From assembly GCF_009914755.1 (NCBI RefSeq), contig NC_060932.1: a DNA stretch of 64,000 bases; one strand, given 5' to 3'. Below are positions 11,797 to 26,550 of this stretch, piece by piece; position 1 is the first letter of the stretch, and every line of letters begins with the position of its first letter. Origin of the DNA: the human T2T-CHM13v2.0 reference genome, Homo sapiens. The notes below the pieces were generated by a model. It was not told the DNA's origin. It saw only the letters and a list, made by a program, of their open reading frames with translations, and did no database searches. The position numbers were made by a program, and so were the translations under genes.

Positions 11797-13092
11797 GTGT
11801 AGTAGACAGAATTCCAAAATGGCTCCCAGGATTCTTGTCTTTGGGGGCACATTCCCTGGTATAATAGCCTCCTATTGAGTCTTAGCCAGATTTGTGGATA
11901 TAATGGGATATCCCTACCATGACTATGTTGCATCATAATGCTGAAGATGTAATTAAATTTCCAAATCAGTTGACTCTTAATTAAACAAAAGGAAGATTAT
12001 TCTATGTGATCCTGTTAATCAGATTACCACCGTGACAGTTAATATTGAGTGCAAACTTGGTTGGATTGAAAGATGCAAAGTATTGATCCTGGGTGTGTCT
12101 GTGAGGGTGTTGCCAAAGGAGATTAACATTTGAGTCAGTGGACTGGGAGAGGCAGAACCACCCTCAATCTGTGTGGGCACCATCTAATCAGCTGCCAGCT
12201 CGGCTACAATAAAGCAGGCAGGAGAAGATGGAAGAGCAGACTTGCTGAGTCTTCTGGCCTTCATCTTTCTCCTGTGCTGGATGCTTTCTGCCCTCAAACA
12301 TCAGACTCCGTGTTCTTCAGCTTTCGGACTCTTGGACTCATGCCAGTGATTTGCCCAAGGCTCTTGGGCCTTCGACAACAGACTGAAGGCTGCGCTGTCG
12401 GCTTCCCTACTTTTGAGATTTTAGGACTTGGACTGGCTTTCTTGCTCCTCAGCTTGCAGACGGCCTATTTTGGGACTTCGCTTGTGATTGTGTGAGTCAA
12501 TACTCCTTAATTAACTCCACTTCATATATACATCTACCCTATTAGTTCTGTCCCTCTAGATAACCCTGACTAATACAGCCACTTAAAAGAAAAATACACA
12601 AAGCACTAGCAGACACTCTCCTGTTCTGTTGTCCTTGAAGAAGCAAACTACCTGTTACAGAGTGGGCTGCATGGCAGGAAATTCTAGGTCCCCCTAGGAG
12701 CTGACAGCCTCAATCTTACAACCACAAGGAACTGAAATTTGCCAACAATCTGAATAAGCTTAGAAGAGAATCTGAGCTCCAAAGAGAGTGCAAGTTGGCA
12801 GACATCTTGATTTTGACTTAATAAGACAGTGAGCAGAGAATTCAGCTCACTGTCTTATTCAAGACAGTGAATAGTGAATTAACTCCAAGTTAATAGGTTG
12901 TGATATTTAAAGACCTTCAATGTGAAATGCACCGTACATTCCAATGGAATCAATACAAACTGTGTTATTTTTGCACTGATATTCAGGCTACGCAGTGCCT
13001 GAACCTCCAACTTACAGAAACTGTAAGATAATAGTACTGTTTAAGGAGCTAAATTTGTAATAATTTGTTATGCAATAATTGAAATTTAATAC
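11797..13092 (+). mobile_element. MLT1E-like MaLR LTR, interrupted by a nested MLT2A and a templated insertion
   Basis: 5' tgtagtagacagaattccaaaatggctccc and 3' tgcaataattgaaatttaataca. Confidence 0.8.
12031..12577 (+). mobile_element. MLT2A (HERV-L) solo LTR nested in the MLT1
   Basis: gttaatattgagtg...aaagtattgatcctgggtgtgtctgtgaggg...ccctgactaataca. 5-bp TSD accac / gccac. Confidence 0.92.
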
Positions 13093-13901
13093 AACATACA
13101 TAGGAGAAAATACATAATTCAAAATGGATTTCACAATGCTTCATTTCAAGATAATTTTCTTAACTGCTTATTAGTCTTTTTTATGTGCCTTCTCATTTGA
13201 TCCCAGCTGAGAGTGCTGTTTTTAAGCACTTCCTGTCTTCCCCAAAGTAATGTGCTGCTAGCTATACCTGCTACTGAAATAAGCGGCTAGCCATGTCACA
13301 GAGAAGAAAGGGAGTCTTAACTCCAGTGAAATCTACTGAGAGAAGAGAAGAGCAAGCCAGCCTTGAATATTACCACAGGCTTACTTCTCTGAGATTTCAG
13401 AGTCTATGTGCTAATCAGTCTTTGTCTTTCATCACCCAGACACAAATACTATGAATTCAATAAGCCAGTGGTCTCAAAATGATTTGGGCATATCTATATA
13501 CTTACTGGAAAGAGTTTCTCTTTTACAGGAATTTCTTAACTTGGAGGAAATTATTCCTCTCTAATAAAACTTTTTTCAACTGCAAATATTGGTGCCTAAC
13601 CTTCTTTAGTATAAGCTGGAGACTTAAGCTAAATATACTTGATTATTTATTCTATATCTGCTTGTGCTGAGTAGACTGAAAAATTATTCTTATCCTAAGT
13701 CTTGGCCAGTTACAATTAATTGCTTTGCTTACACAACTGAACACAACTCCAAGTTAATAGGTTGTGATATTTAAAGATCTTCAACGTGAAATGCACCATA
13801 CATTCCAATGGAATCAATACAAACTGTGTTATTTTTGCACTGATATTAAACAATCATTCCATTCCACTGTTGATAATCTTTCAATAATTCTCATTATTCA
13901 A

Positions 13902-14107
13902 ACAGGGTTCCCCAATACAGTAGCTATTAGTTACATGTGGCTATTTAAATCTAAATTTAACCTAAGCCAAAAAATAATTAATTGCCTCCATCTTACTAGC
14001 CACATTTCAACTGTACAATAACCACATGTGGTTAGTGGCTACCATAGCACACAGTGCAGATTATAGAATATTTCAGTCCTCTCAGAAAGTTCTATTGAAC
14101 AATGCTG
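13902..14107. mobile_element. MER3-like hAT-Charlie MITE
   Basis: tagccacatttcaa...ccacatgtggttagtggctacc...aaagttctattgaacaatgctg. Confidence 0.8.
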
Positions 14108-14199
14108 AATGAAGCCATATATTCTCAAGCATTTATATTAAAGCCTTTCATAGTTTTGCCTCTTCTGTGTTTTTAAAACATAGTTCCCTCTTTCTGCCA

Positions 14200-14590
14200 C
14201 ATTTAGCCAGCGCTCCAACCATTCTAAATCACTTGTCTTTTATAAATCAGATATTAAGGAAATTTTGTATGTGTCATTCTCATGCTCATTAATATCATTC
14301 AATCCTTTTCCCACCCGATGAATTCCTTCTAATTCTTTAATACTCTGCTCCAGTTTCATCTCCTGTGAAATACCTTTCCCGATATCCTCAAGCACAAATA
14401 AGCATTTCCTCTATGCTCCCATGATTCGATTGTCCTATTTTAAACCATGGGTCATATAGGTTTGTCTTATTAGAGATTGTGAGCCTCTAGAGGAAAGGGG
14501 CCTTGTTTCTTTTTTCTTTTCATATTCAAATCCCCCCATTCCAGGTGTAATAGGCACTAAATACTAATTAATCTATCCATTCATGCATTT
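14200..14590 (-). mobile_element. L2 3' fragment (donor of the LTR2 insert)
   Basis: Degenerate L2 end (catctcctgtgaaatacctttccc...gattgtgagcctctagagga...taggcactaaata). Confidence 0.6.
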
Positions 14591-14899
14591 ATTTTCCTCA
14601 TATTATTGATTGACATTAGAATGATAACTTTATTTACTACTTACATACAGAAACCACAACTCCATGTTACCAGTCGGAAGTTGACCATATAAGATGGCAG
14701 CTATAGTAAAAAGAAGAAGAGAATAAGAAGCTGTCTTAAATAAAAAGTCTGGCTTGGCAGATAGTGTAATATGTTACAAACTTACTAAATAAGAAGTTAG
14801 AGTTATCTTTCTTGAAACCTCATAAAGTCAGATGAGGTTACCCTAGAACTGTCATGAAGAAAGTAATACAAAAGGTAGAAAACTGAATATGAGTATCAC

Positions 14900-15158
14900 A
14901 TGTATGAATATGTATATATGTGAATATGTGCACTGTATGTATAAATATTTATGTATATATTTATATATCTGTGTGTATATATATGTGTATATATATGCAT
15001 ACACATATATGTGTATATATATGCATACACATATATGTGTATATATATGCATACACATATATGTGTATATATATGCATACACATATATGTGTATATATAT
15101 GTGTGTGCATATGCATACACATATATGTGTATATATATGTATACATACACATACAAAC
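14900..15158. repeat. 26-bp-unit purine-pyrimidine minisatellite (atatatgtgtatatatatgcatacac)n
   Basis: About 5-6 near-perfect units. Contains the repeated palindrome atacacatatatgtgtat. Confidence 0.95.
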
Positions 15159-15922
15159 ACATTTTTTATAGTTCCATGGTTCTTGGCTTCCAGAGAAAGT
15201 GATAGGTAGTCAGAAAGTTCAAGGAGGCTGCTGAGTTATCCTTGATAACTTGATGGATCTGGGGAGAGCACAGCTTTCCAGTTCATTGTAATTCCATCAC
15301 TATATAGGTAACCAGCCTGAATTTATAATATATTCATTTGAACATTTTCTTAAATTCTGATTACACAATTCTCCCTTAAGTTCTAATTCCAGAAAGTGGT
15401 TAATTGAAAAGAAACAAAATAAACTCTAAGATGTGCTATTTGTAAAAGCTGCACTTAGAGCTATGAATAAAAATATTGTTTCACTGTCTAGCTGTGAGTC
15501 ATAGTTTTTGTTTGTTTGTTTTGGTAGCCTTTAAAAAAAATCAAAATGCTCTAGTAGCTTCATCTGGCAAAAACAGCAGAGCACTACAGATTTTATTCTA
15601 GCTGCCTGCCATCAGTCACAGATCTGGAAAGGCCCTCAGGCACACAAGACCCTCTGAGTGACGCAGAAGAGTCCTTTTCAAGGGTCTTGGAATATGCAAT
15701 CACTTGGCTGCCATCAAATATTTCTAGAGGAAAGGAATCCTCAAGTCCAATAGACCAGAGGGTCTTCTGGCTCTGCCAAGAAGAGTGACAGAGGCTGTAA
15801 AACTGTCTGCTCTCCTCCTCTGCTAAATGTCTTGCCAGAAATCACACAGACTCAGAGCTGTTGAAAATACGGCTGTTTCATTTCAAACTGCACCACGCAA
15901 GGATGCTGCTTCCTACTCTCTT

Positions 15923-15936
15923 CCGCCATCTACTGG
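15923..15936 (-). promoter_or_regulatory. Candidate CTCF site
   Basis: Minus strand reads CCAGTAGATGGCGG, a full match to CCASYAGRKGGCRS, in non-repeat DNA with its CpG intact. Confidence 0.5.
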
Positions 15937-16530
15937 AGCTTATTCAAAATACTGATCTAGTTAACAGCTAGAAAAGTTACATTCCAGAGTACCTTCCGTT
16001 TCCCTGTTATTTCTCCTTGAAGTTTTTATCCTCAAGGAGCAAAGAGTCTGACTGTCAGCAGTTTGAATTTTTTTGAAGAATATTTTTTAAAGAAAAAAGG
16101 AGCCATGGACAAGTAAAACATAGTTGATTCTGAACACCATATCTATTTTTTGAGCTTCTCCTCTAGAATAAAGTTTGTACTGCTTTTTCCAGAGCATTCC
16201 ACCTTTTCTGCATTTACCTTGTAATGTGTGGTGATTGAATCAGTAACTTGCAATAGAGGAACAGATTCTGGATTTGAAGTCAGATTATTAAAATTCAGTT
16301 CTGACCTGTATGCCGTGATGTCAGAGATTTGCCAGTATTCTTAAAATATTGAGAGCAAATGCTCTTATATATGGGATTTTTGTGAAAAACTCTGCTGTGG
16401 AAAAAGAGGTATGCCAATATATCTATAATAGCGCAAATAATGGGACTCCCACCATCAGTTCTGACCCAGACCTCTCTTTCCTGTTTGCCTCTTCAACTTG
16501 CCTTTGACCTTCTTTTTAAAAAGATGTTAA

Positions 16531-17620
<1,090 letters not shown>

Positions 17621-18074
17621 AAACTTATTTTCACTCCCTCTTCGAATGGCTCTCAGAGCTCCACTGTGATCTTTCCATTGCTGACTGGCCTCAAGGCCCT
17701 TGTAAAACTAGGAACATCTTAATGAAAGTATCCACCTTTGTTCCTCTGTCTCCAGTAATCACAAGGCTTGGCATGTAGAGGGTTCCAAAATTGAATGTGA
17801 TCTTCTGACTACAATTGTTTTTTCTTAACTGTCCTTGGAATCAGTCTCTTTCCAGCCACCTTATTCTGAACACTTCATCCTGTGGCTGTGTGACCTTAGG
17901 CAAGTCACATAATCTCCCTAAATATCTATTTACTTATCTAAAAAAAGAATCTTCAATAATCTTTATGACAATCTTAAAGATTTTGGTATACATTGGTAAA
18001 ATATGAAGCACTCTATATGATGTAAAGCACTATATAAATATCCCTCCTTGTATCCTCAAATACATTACAGAACA

Positions 18075-18112
18075 TTACACACGCGCAGACACACACACAC
18101 ACACACACACAT
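18075..18112. repeat. (CA)n microsatellite
   Basis: Seen directly. Confidence 0.9.
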
Positions 18113-18129
18113 ACAAAATTAATGTCTTA

Positions 18130-19555
18130 ATTGAATATATAGGCCAAGTCATGGTAATCCACACACCACTCTTTGAATGTAATCTGTATTTTTTGCTCTG
18201 GTTGGTTTTTAAGATTGCTCATTTTGTCTTTGGTACTACCATTTCATTTAATGTGTCTTGGGTTGGAGTAATTATTCTTTCTAATATTCTTTGGGATTCA
18301 TTGGGAATCTTAAATCTGCATCTTTCATCAGTTCAGAAAGTCGAATATTTTGTTCATTATCTTTCCATGTCTTGCCTCTTCTGTATTCAGTTTACGTTCT
18401 CCTTCTGGAACACCAGTCATAAGTACCACAGAACTTATCACTTAATCTTTCTTTACTCTTAACCTGTGCTACATATATTTTTCCATCTTTGAATTCCTCT
18501 ATACCAACTTCTAGATAATTTCTTCTGTCTAATCTTTCAGCTTCTCTTTTCTCTTCAGCTGTGTCTAATCTTCTTTTAAAATTTTCTGTTGAGCTTGTGA
18601 TTTTATTAGTTGCATTTTTTATTTCTAGATGTTTTCTATGATTTTTTAAAATTGGTCATTTTTACACTTTTCTTTAAGACTAGATATTTTCAAGTCTATC
18701 TTCTTATTTCTCCAAATACAGTAAGTAGATTTTATACTCTGTCTCTTAAAAGTCCAATATCTATCATCTGTGTGCATGGTTCCATTGTCTATTGTTTCTG
18801 ATCATTCTGGCTTAGAATGCCTGAATTTTCATCATCATGGGTTTGGTTATTTTTAACTGCATATTTCTCATAGTCTTAAAAAATCTATATGGGTATTTTG
18901 AAGATTAAAAATTCCTTTTTCTAGAGATTTGCATTGGCTTCTTGGAAGCATCTAAGGGTATTACCATTCTGCAATTACTTTGACATTTATTCACAACCTA
19001 GGTTTTTTTGTTTTGTTTTGTTTAGCAACTACTTGGTGATATTAATTTATGCTATAACTCTTATTCAAACCTGTCTGTGATTACAATTTCTTTGAGATTT
19101 TTTTCTCTCTGTTCTACACAACTCTACTTTCCGTGATTTTCAGTGGACAGGGTGGAGAAAAGGCAGATCTACTTCTCATTTACCCTTACTCTGATGGTGT
19201 TGCTTTCTGAAGTCCTAACTTTATATAGGAAAAATCTCTAATCAGATTTATTCCCTTGGTTGAATTGTAGGCCCTGGGTTTTAACTTCAATTGCCCTCAT
19301 GTTTAAGCCATCAAAACTGAAGTGTGATTGTCCTTGATTGATACTTGCCTTCAGGGCAAAAATAGCACTAGTGCTCCCTTACCACTTATGTTCCAGGTTT
19401 TCCTTAGATGTTGGCTTCCTAATTCCTTACTACCTTGTCATCTCTCAGTGGTTTTTGAAAGGTAGTTTAAAAATATTTTATCTAGCATCTGTTATTGGTT
19501 TTAATGGGAGGATTGGTCTGAATAACCCAATCTGCTATGTCCCTGGAAACAGAAC
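18130..19555 (-). mobile_element. Very old L1M/HAL1-like 5' region
   Basis: T-rich antisense ORF1-like composition (ctcttttctcttcagctgtgtctaatct). Heavily decayed. Confidence 0.5.
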
Positions 19556-22107
19556 AAAACATGGAACATTTTCTAAACAAATTGCTTAAACTGAGTTTGA
19601 ATCTACACCTGATTCAAAGTGGAACAGGACACTGAGAAAACAAACCTGGCCAGATATTAAATTCATTAACCAATCCAATGTCTCAGAAATAGTGATACTA
19701 TGATAAGTATGTACTGACAAAAACTTTGCAGTGTATTATCTAGGGAAACAATGTACAGCTGAATTTTTAAAAAAATCAGCTGTCTTTGAAGAGAAATTGT
19801 AGCAATTGTAAATAAAGGACCAAGGGTACTTCCCAAATAAAGGGTCTTATTCAAAGAAACATTAACTCAACCTAATTTGCAATGGTATTAGAATGAGATA
19901 GAACAAAGAGCATACTATCAAAATACTGCTGATAATCAGAAAAATTGGAGACATTAGGCTGGTTCTTTCAGAAATCATTTTAAGTCTCATAACTCTAAAA
20001 GTTTTACCATTCAATTTCCTAATGATAGTAGACTTGGCCTTCAATATTACAACTTCACTCTATACCATGCATAAGTTTGATTTTGTTATACAATTCAACT
20101 CTAGTTAATTTTAAAGTAAATTACATATGTTTTTTTTTACTACAGTTTGAATTCAGTCATTTTTTTTAACTAATCGTTTTGGACTCTGTATAACATTCCA
20201 AACTAAGGAGTATATCCGTATAGTATTACAGATAAATATCTGGACTAACAGAGCGTCACTTTTTCCAGGAGCCAGGCTTATTTCTGGCTGATTATATATA
20301 AAAAGTAAGATACAGACATATAAAGAAAGATAAATACATGATGTTTATTTATTTGTTTTCTTTTGTGCTTTAAGCAGGAACATAAGAAACTGATTCTCCG
20401 GCAGAAATGCCAGCACTTTACAAGCCCTGTAATTATGTAATGAACACATTTCTTTCTATTCATTCTCTATTTAAAAAAAAAATTCTGCTATCTAAGTGTT
20501 TGACCTCTAAAAGACTGCATATTAAAAACCTTAATCTTATAACACTTCAAGTTCAAATGGCTTTTTATGGAAAACTTCATTACTTGAAAGGCTTTGTCAT
20601 CTACTTTCTTGATCAAAATAGGTAGTGACCTGTAAAGCAGCCAAGAAATTTCTATTTGGAGTGGCTTTCTCCTGATGGATGAAGGAGCAGGCAAAGATTC
20701 TTCATGGTAAAGTGTGGGTGGATAATTTTATGTGACAGCCACATTATGAATGAAGCAATATGAGCATGAAGTAGTTCACAGCATTCACTTCTATCAAGTT
20801 CTGCTGATTAAAAAAGCAAGGTGTGGTTCAAAAATTATCTGATCCTCCAATAATTTTTGGCTTCCTCTGTAAGTCGGCCTATATGAGAATACACTAGAGA
20901 TTCTGGAAAGGAAGCCATGTCATCTTTGGCGAAAAGACTTCCAGAATTGGCCCCCGTTGATTTAAACTGAGCCTTCCAGTGCGGCGTGAAGGATGGAACT
21001 GGTGCATGTAATGGCATGAAACCTCATATATTAAAATCTAAATATCATTCATAGCAGTTGTAAGCTTTATCAGAAATCCTAGATACAGGCATCTTTTCAA
21101 GATCTCAGGCATTGAAAGGACCTATTGTAATATTGCACACTGTAGAACAAACATTGTTGTCATCAGCAGGCTTGGATCTTCTGGGAGTCTGCACTCTGTC
21201 AAGGTTCTTGGCTGAGATTTAGGTAGAGAAACATTTACTTTAAAATGATTAATTATTCCCAACTCTATTTTGCCAAGGACCATGCTTTCTGTCCTCTCTT
21301 TTTAGTCATTGATCCTGAAATACTTCTGCAACTTGCTCAGCTTTCAAATTAATATGTACACTTTGAAAAATATACATATTTGATTAGATCTTTCTTTTCC
21401 CTGGAAGCTGATCATGGCAGACTCTGTTGGACAAGCCCAGTGTAAATATCTATTTCATTAGTATTATTTGAAGAATATAATTTAATTAGTCCACTTCTAA
21501 ACTACATTAATAGGCCATCTGGTTAAGCCAGTATTCTGAAATATAACCTTGATTTGATGGAGTTTTAATAATGTAGTTACTGTAACAGTATGTCACACTA
21601 CAGATTACACAATAATACCATCAAATTATTTCACAATAAACAACAGAATAATCTAAGACTCAATTTTTTTCCAGTGCATGTGACCTAGACCTAAGAAGGC
21701 AAAATCTGAGAAAGTTATATAAACTATGTTATAATTCACTTACACTAGTAATAAAATATACTTAAAATTTTAAGGCAAGTGAAAATTTTGTTTCATGTCC
21801 CTCTTCATTAAATGTCCTTTGCTGTGAGTGAAGCCTTCTTCCCCTTTAGGAAGACGGAGGAAGGGAACAGACGTACTGTGTTGGGGCTATTTAGGGTATG
21901 TGTATGTGTGTGGCCTAAAATGACCAGTTTGTGAAGTAATATAATTCATCAACATAACTTACTATGCTTTCATGAAAATATGTATTTAGAACACAGGTTT
22001 TTAAATAGTTTACTTTTGGTTGGAGGTGAGCAAAAAACAAAACTAAAAAAATAGGAAAGTATTGTTGAGGTAAAATTTTCTCATCATTGTTTACAAAAAA
22101 GTCTGGC

Positions 22108-22670
22108 TCCATTAGTCGAGGTTCTCTAGAGAAACAAAACCAATGGGATTTTCTTTTTTCTTTTAAGATAGAGTCTCGCTGTGTTGACCAGGATGTCCCC
22201 AAACTCCTGGCCTCAAGAGATTCTCCCATCTCTGCCTCCCAAAATGCTGGGATTACAGGCATGAGCCACCATGCCCAGCCCTAGTAGGATCCATTTATGA
22301 TATGGAATTGGAATTGGCTTGCATGATTATAGAAACTGGTGAGTCTAAAGTCTGCAGAGCAGGTGTCCCAGTGTGCATCTGAAAGCTAGCAGGCTGCTGT
22401 AAAACCAGGAATAGCTGATATCCTAGTTCAAAGACTGTCAGACAGAATCCTCCCTTTCTCAGGGAGGGTCAACCTTTTGTTCTAGCAAGATCTTCAGCTG
22501 ATTGCATGAGGCCCACCCACATTATGGAGAGCAGTCTGCTTTACTCAGTCTACCAAATTAAACGTTACTCTCATTCAAAAACATCTTCACAGAAACACCC
22601 AGAATAATATTTGACAAAATATCCGGTCATTCTGTGGTCCATTCAAGTTGACACATAAAATTAATCATTA
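22108..22670 (-). mobile_element. MLT2 solo LTR
   Basis: attagtcgaggttctctagagaaac ... aagttgacacataaaattaatcat are the antisense MLT2 termini. Confidence 0.88.
22150..22280 (-). mobile_element. FLAM/Alu monomer nested in the MLT2
   Basis: A single Alu left monomer ending catgcccagcc. Confidence 0.88.
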
Positions 22671-23211
22671 AGAATTAATGTCACAAGAGATCCACAAACT
22701 GTCAGAACTTGATAGAGACATGTATAAAACTATAGGGTAGCCAAGTCCATATTTGCTCAAGTGTGATGCCATTTACATCTCCCTGTTGGGAGGAAGTAAT
22801 TTGTCCAAACTTTTTAAAGCATTTACCAAACTAACAACTTACTCTTAGTGATGCTCACATTCTGTAATTAGGAATTACAAAGACTAAAGCCTTATTGTCT
22901 TTCAAATTGTGTTTATATTATGAAATGCCATTTTTAAAGCCCAGATCCATTGCTCATAAAAAATTCTCGAAATCTCCTTCTTAAAGAAAATTCTCACATC
23001 CTTGGCCAAAGGCACGTATTCTTACAAATCAACCATCACTGATTTTCTCTTTTAAGCTTTAGCATGTTTCAATTTCTTAGGTCACTCAACAAGTATTTAT
23101 TAAGCAGCTGGTATGTACCAAACTCTGTTCTAGGTATGCGGATTTGACAAAGAACAAACATAAAAAAGCTCTTATGTCATGAAACTTGTGAAGGTATTTG
23201 ATCATTGATAG

Positions 23212-23448
23212 CAGGTTTCCACAGACAAATTTATAGCAGGGGCCCTTGGGTCAAATCTGAGCCACCGCCTGTTTTTGTGAATAAAGTTTTACTGGCACAC
23301 AGCCACGTTTCATTTGTATATGTATTGTCTCTGGCTGTTCTCACACTACAATGACAGAGTGAAATAACTGTCCTTGAGACCACATGGCCCACAGAGCTGA
23401 AAATATTTACTATCTGGCCATTTACCAGAAAACGTTTGCGAACTCCTG
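23212..23448. mobile_element. MER58A hAT-Charlie MITE
   Basis: ccgcctgtttttgtgaataaagttttactgg...aaaatatttactatctggcc. Confidence 0.88.
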
Positions 23449-23584
23449 ATATAGCATTACTATAAAACAAGGCCTTGTGTATTAGAGTAGATGCAACAAA
23501 TCAATGTAAAAGTACATAACTCACAAAATAAAAGAGAAATTGAGATTTATGTTCTAAGAAATTTACTTTATTCAACATAGAGGT

Positions 23585-24363
<779 letters not shown>

Positions 24364-25710
24364 TACTAATACCATGGTAGACACTTTCCATGGAGTTACC
24401 TCTTGACTTTGTGACTTACTAGATAGGAAATGTTTGGCAGATTAATTTCTCTAGAGCAATTTCCCTAAGTTAGATAAAAAATAGTAATAACTCCAGAGTT
24501 TTTTGAACATTCAGTGAGCCTTAGGTTTTCTCACCTAAAATCAGAGAAGGGCTAAGTTAATCTGTAAATTATTGTACGTTTAAAATATGATCATGGGGCA
24601 GTGGTTACTCAAATGTTTTCAGAGGGTGGGATACCTAGTAATTATGATTACTTTCTGTGGTTCATTCATGTATTTAATCCAATATAGTCTTTGTGACTTT
24701 CTCACTTTTGACATTTATTATATGTTTTAAAAATACCTCTAAACTAGTCCCCCTGGCAGTCTCTCCAATCCATGCTGGTAACAGATTGATGCTTATGAAA
24801 TGCAAAGATCTCATCACCACTCCACTTAAAATTCTACACTCCTTAGAATGGCACAATTAGTTAATAGGTACATATTTATGAATAAATAATTAAATGAATG
24901 TTCACCAAACACCCTTTTGGATCTGAGCTGCCCATTCCATATTTTTCTCTTATTTTGATAGCCTATCCTTTTGGTAAGAAGACACTCCAAGAAGACATTG
25001 CTAGCACAATAAGGACTCCCCTAGATCAAGCATTCAATTAACATACTTGAGGTTTCCTAGTCTTTGAGATAACATATTCGTCAATGACTCTGCTCCTCCA
25101 GGAAGTAATGCTCCATCAGCATTTCCTAAAGGCTACCTGCTTCCCAGCCATTTATTTCCCGTTACCTTATTATTTTGCAGGGAAAACATTACTGTTTGTT
25201 TACAAGGTGCAAGTTTTAAAGGAAATGACCATAAAAACTTTTTAAAAGATATCTTGATGAACATCATCAAAACCACCATTTCTATTAAAGTGCCGACATC
25301 ACACAAGAGGTTCTTAGCAAACGTACTTTTGCCATATAAGAATAGAGTAACAAAAAATGCATAGAAAAAAATAGTCTTTTTCTTATTAACTAGAGCCTTT
25401 GAATGCATTGATTTGTAAAACACTGATTTAACATGAGCCTCATACTAGACACCTTATGAAGGCAGGAAGAGGACCAAAATGTAATTTTTTTTACCTCATA
25501 CATGGCATCTTTTTTAAAACCATGGAGCAATGGGAGAGGGCTCAAACAAGAAATCAGAAAAATGAAACTATATACAAACCACATCACATCCATGTAAGTC
25601 ACTCATCTTTTGGTGTTTTTATGCCTGCCTTGTTTTATTTAGACTGCAGAAACACTATAACCACTGCTATATCTATCTCTGCAATTAGGATGCTTATTCA
25701 TATCTTATAA

Positions 25711-26050
<340 letters not shown>

Positions 26051-26277
26051 CAGGAAACATTTTCTAATAGTAATGACTCAAGGAAAAATATCACAAAATA
26101 ATAAATTCTATTGCACTAAACATGTAATTGTTAGTTCCACTCAAAATATAGCTTATTATTTTGCAACCTCTACATGTTTACTTATTCGATTCATATGTCT
26201 AGAAAAGAAGCAATTTCTCACTATTCTTAACATACCCTGTGCTAAAGACTTTGATGCAATTGAATGCCACATGTAGT

Positions 26278-26550
26278 ATTACAATCATGGCAGAAGGTGA
26301 AGGGGGAGCAGGCACATCACATGACAAAAGCAGGAACAGGAGAGAAAAGTGGAGGTACTACACACTTAAACAACCAGATCTCTCAAGAACTCACTCGCTA
26401 TCACAAAGAGAGCACCAAGAGGATGGTGTTGGACCATTCATGAGAAGTCTACCCCCATGATCCAATCACCTCCTGGCAGGCTCCACCTCCAATACTGAGG
26501 ATTGCGATTTAACATGAGATGTGGATGGGGACACATATCCCAACTATATC
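26278..26550 (-). mobile_element. MSTA-like MaLR LTR, partial
   Basis: ttacaatcatggcagaaggtgaagg...cccccatgatccaatcacctcc...aactatatc. Confidence 0.85.
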
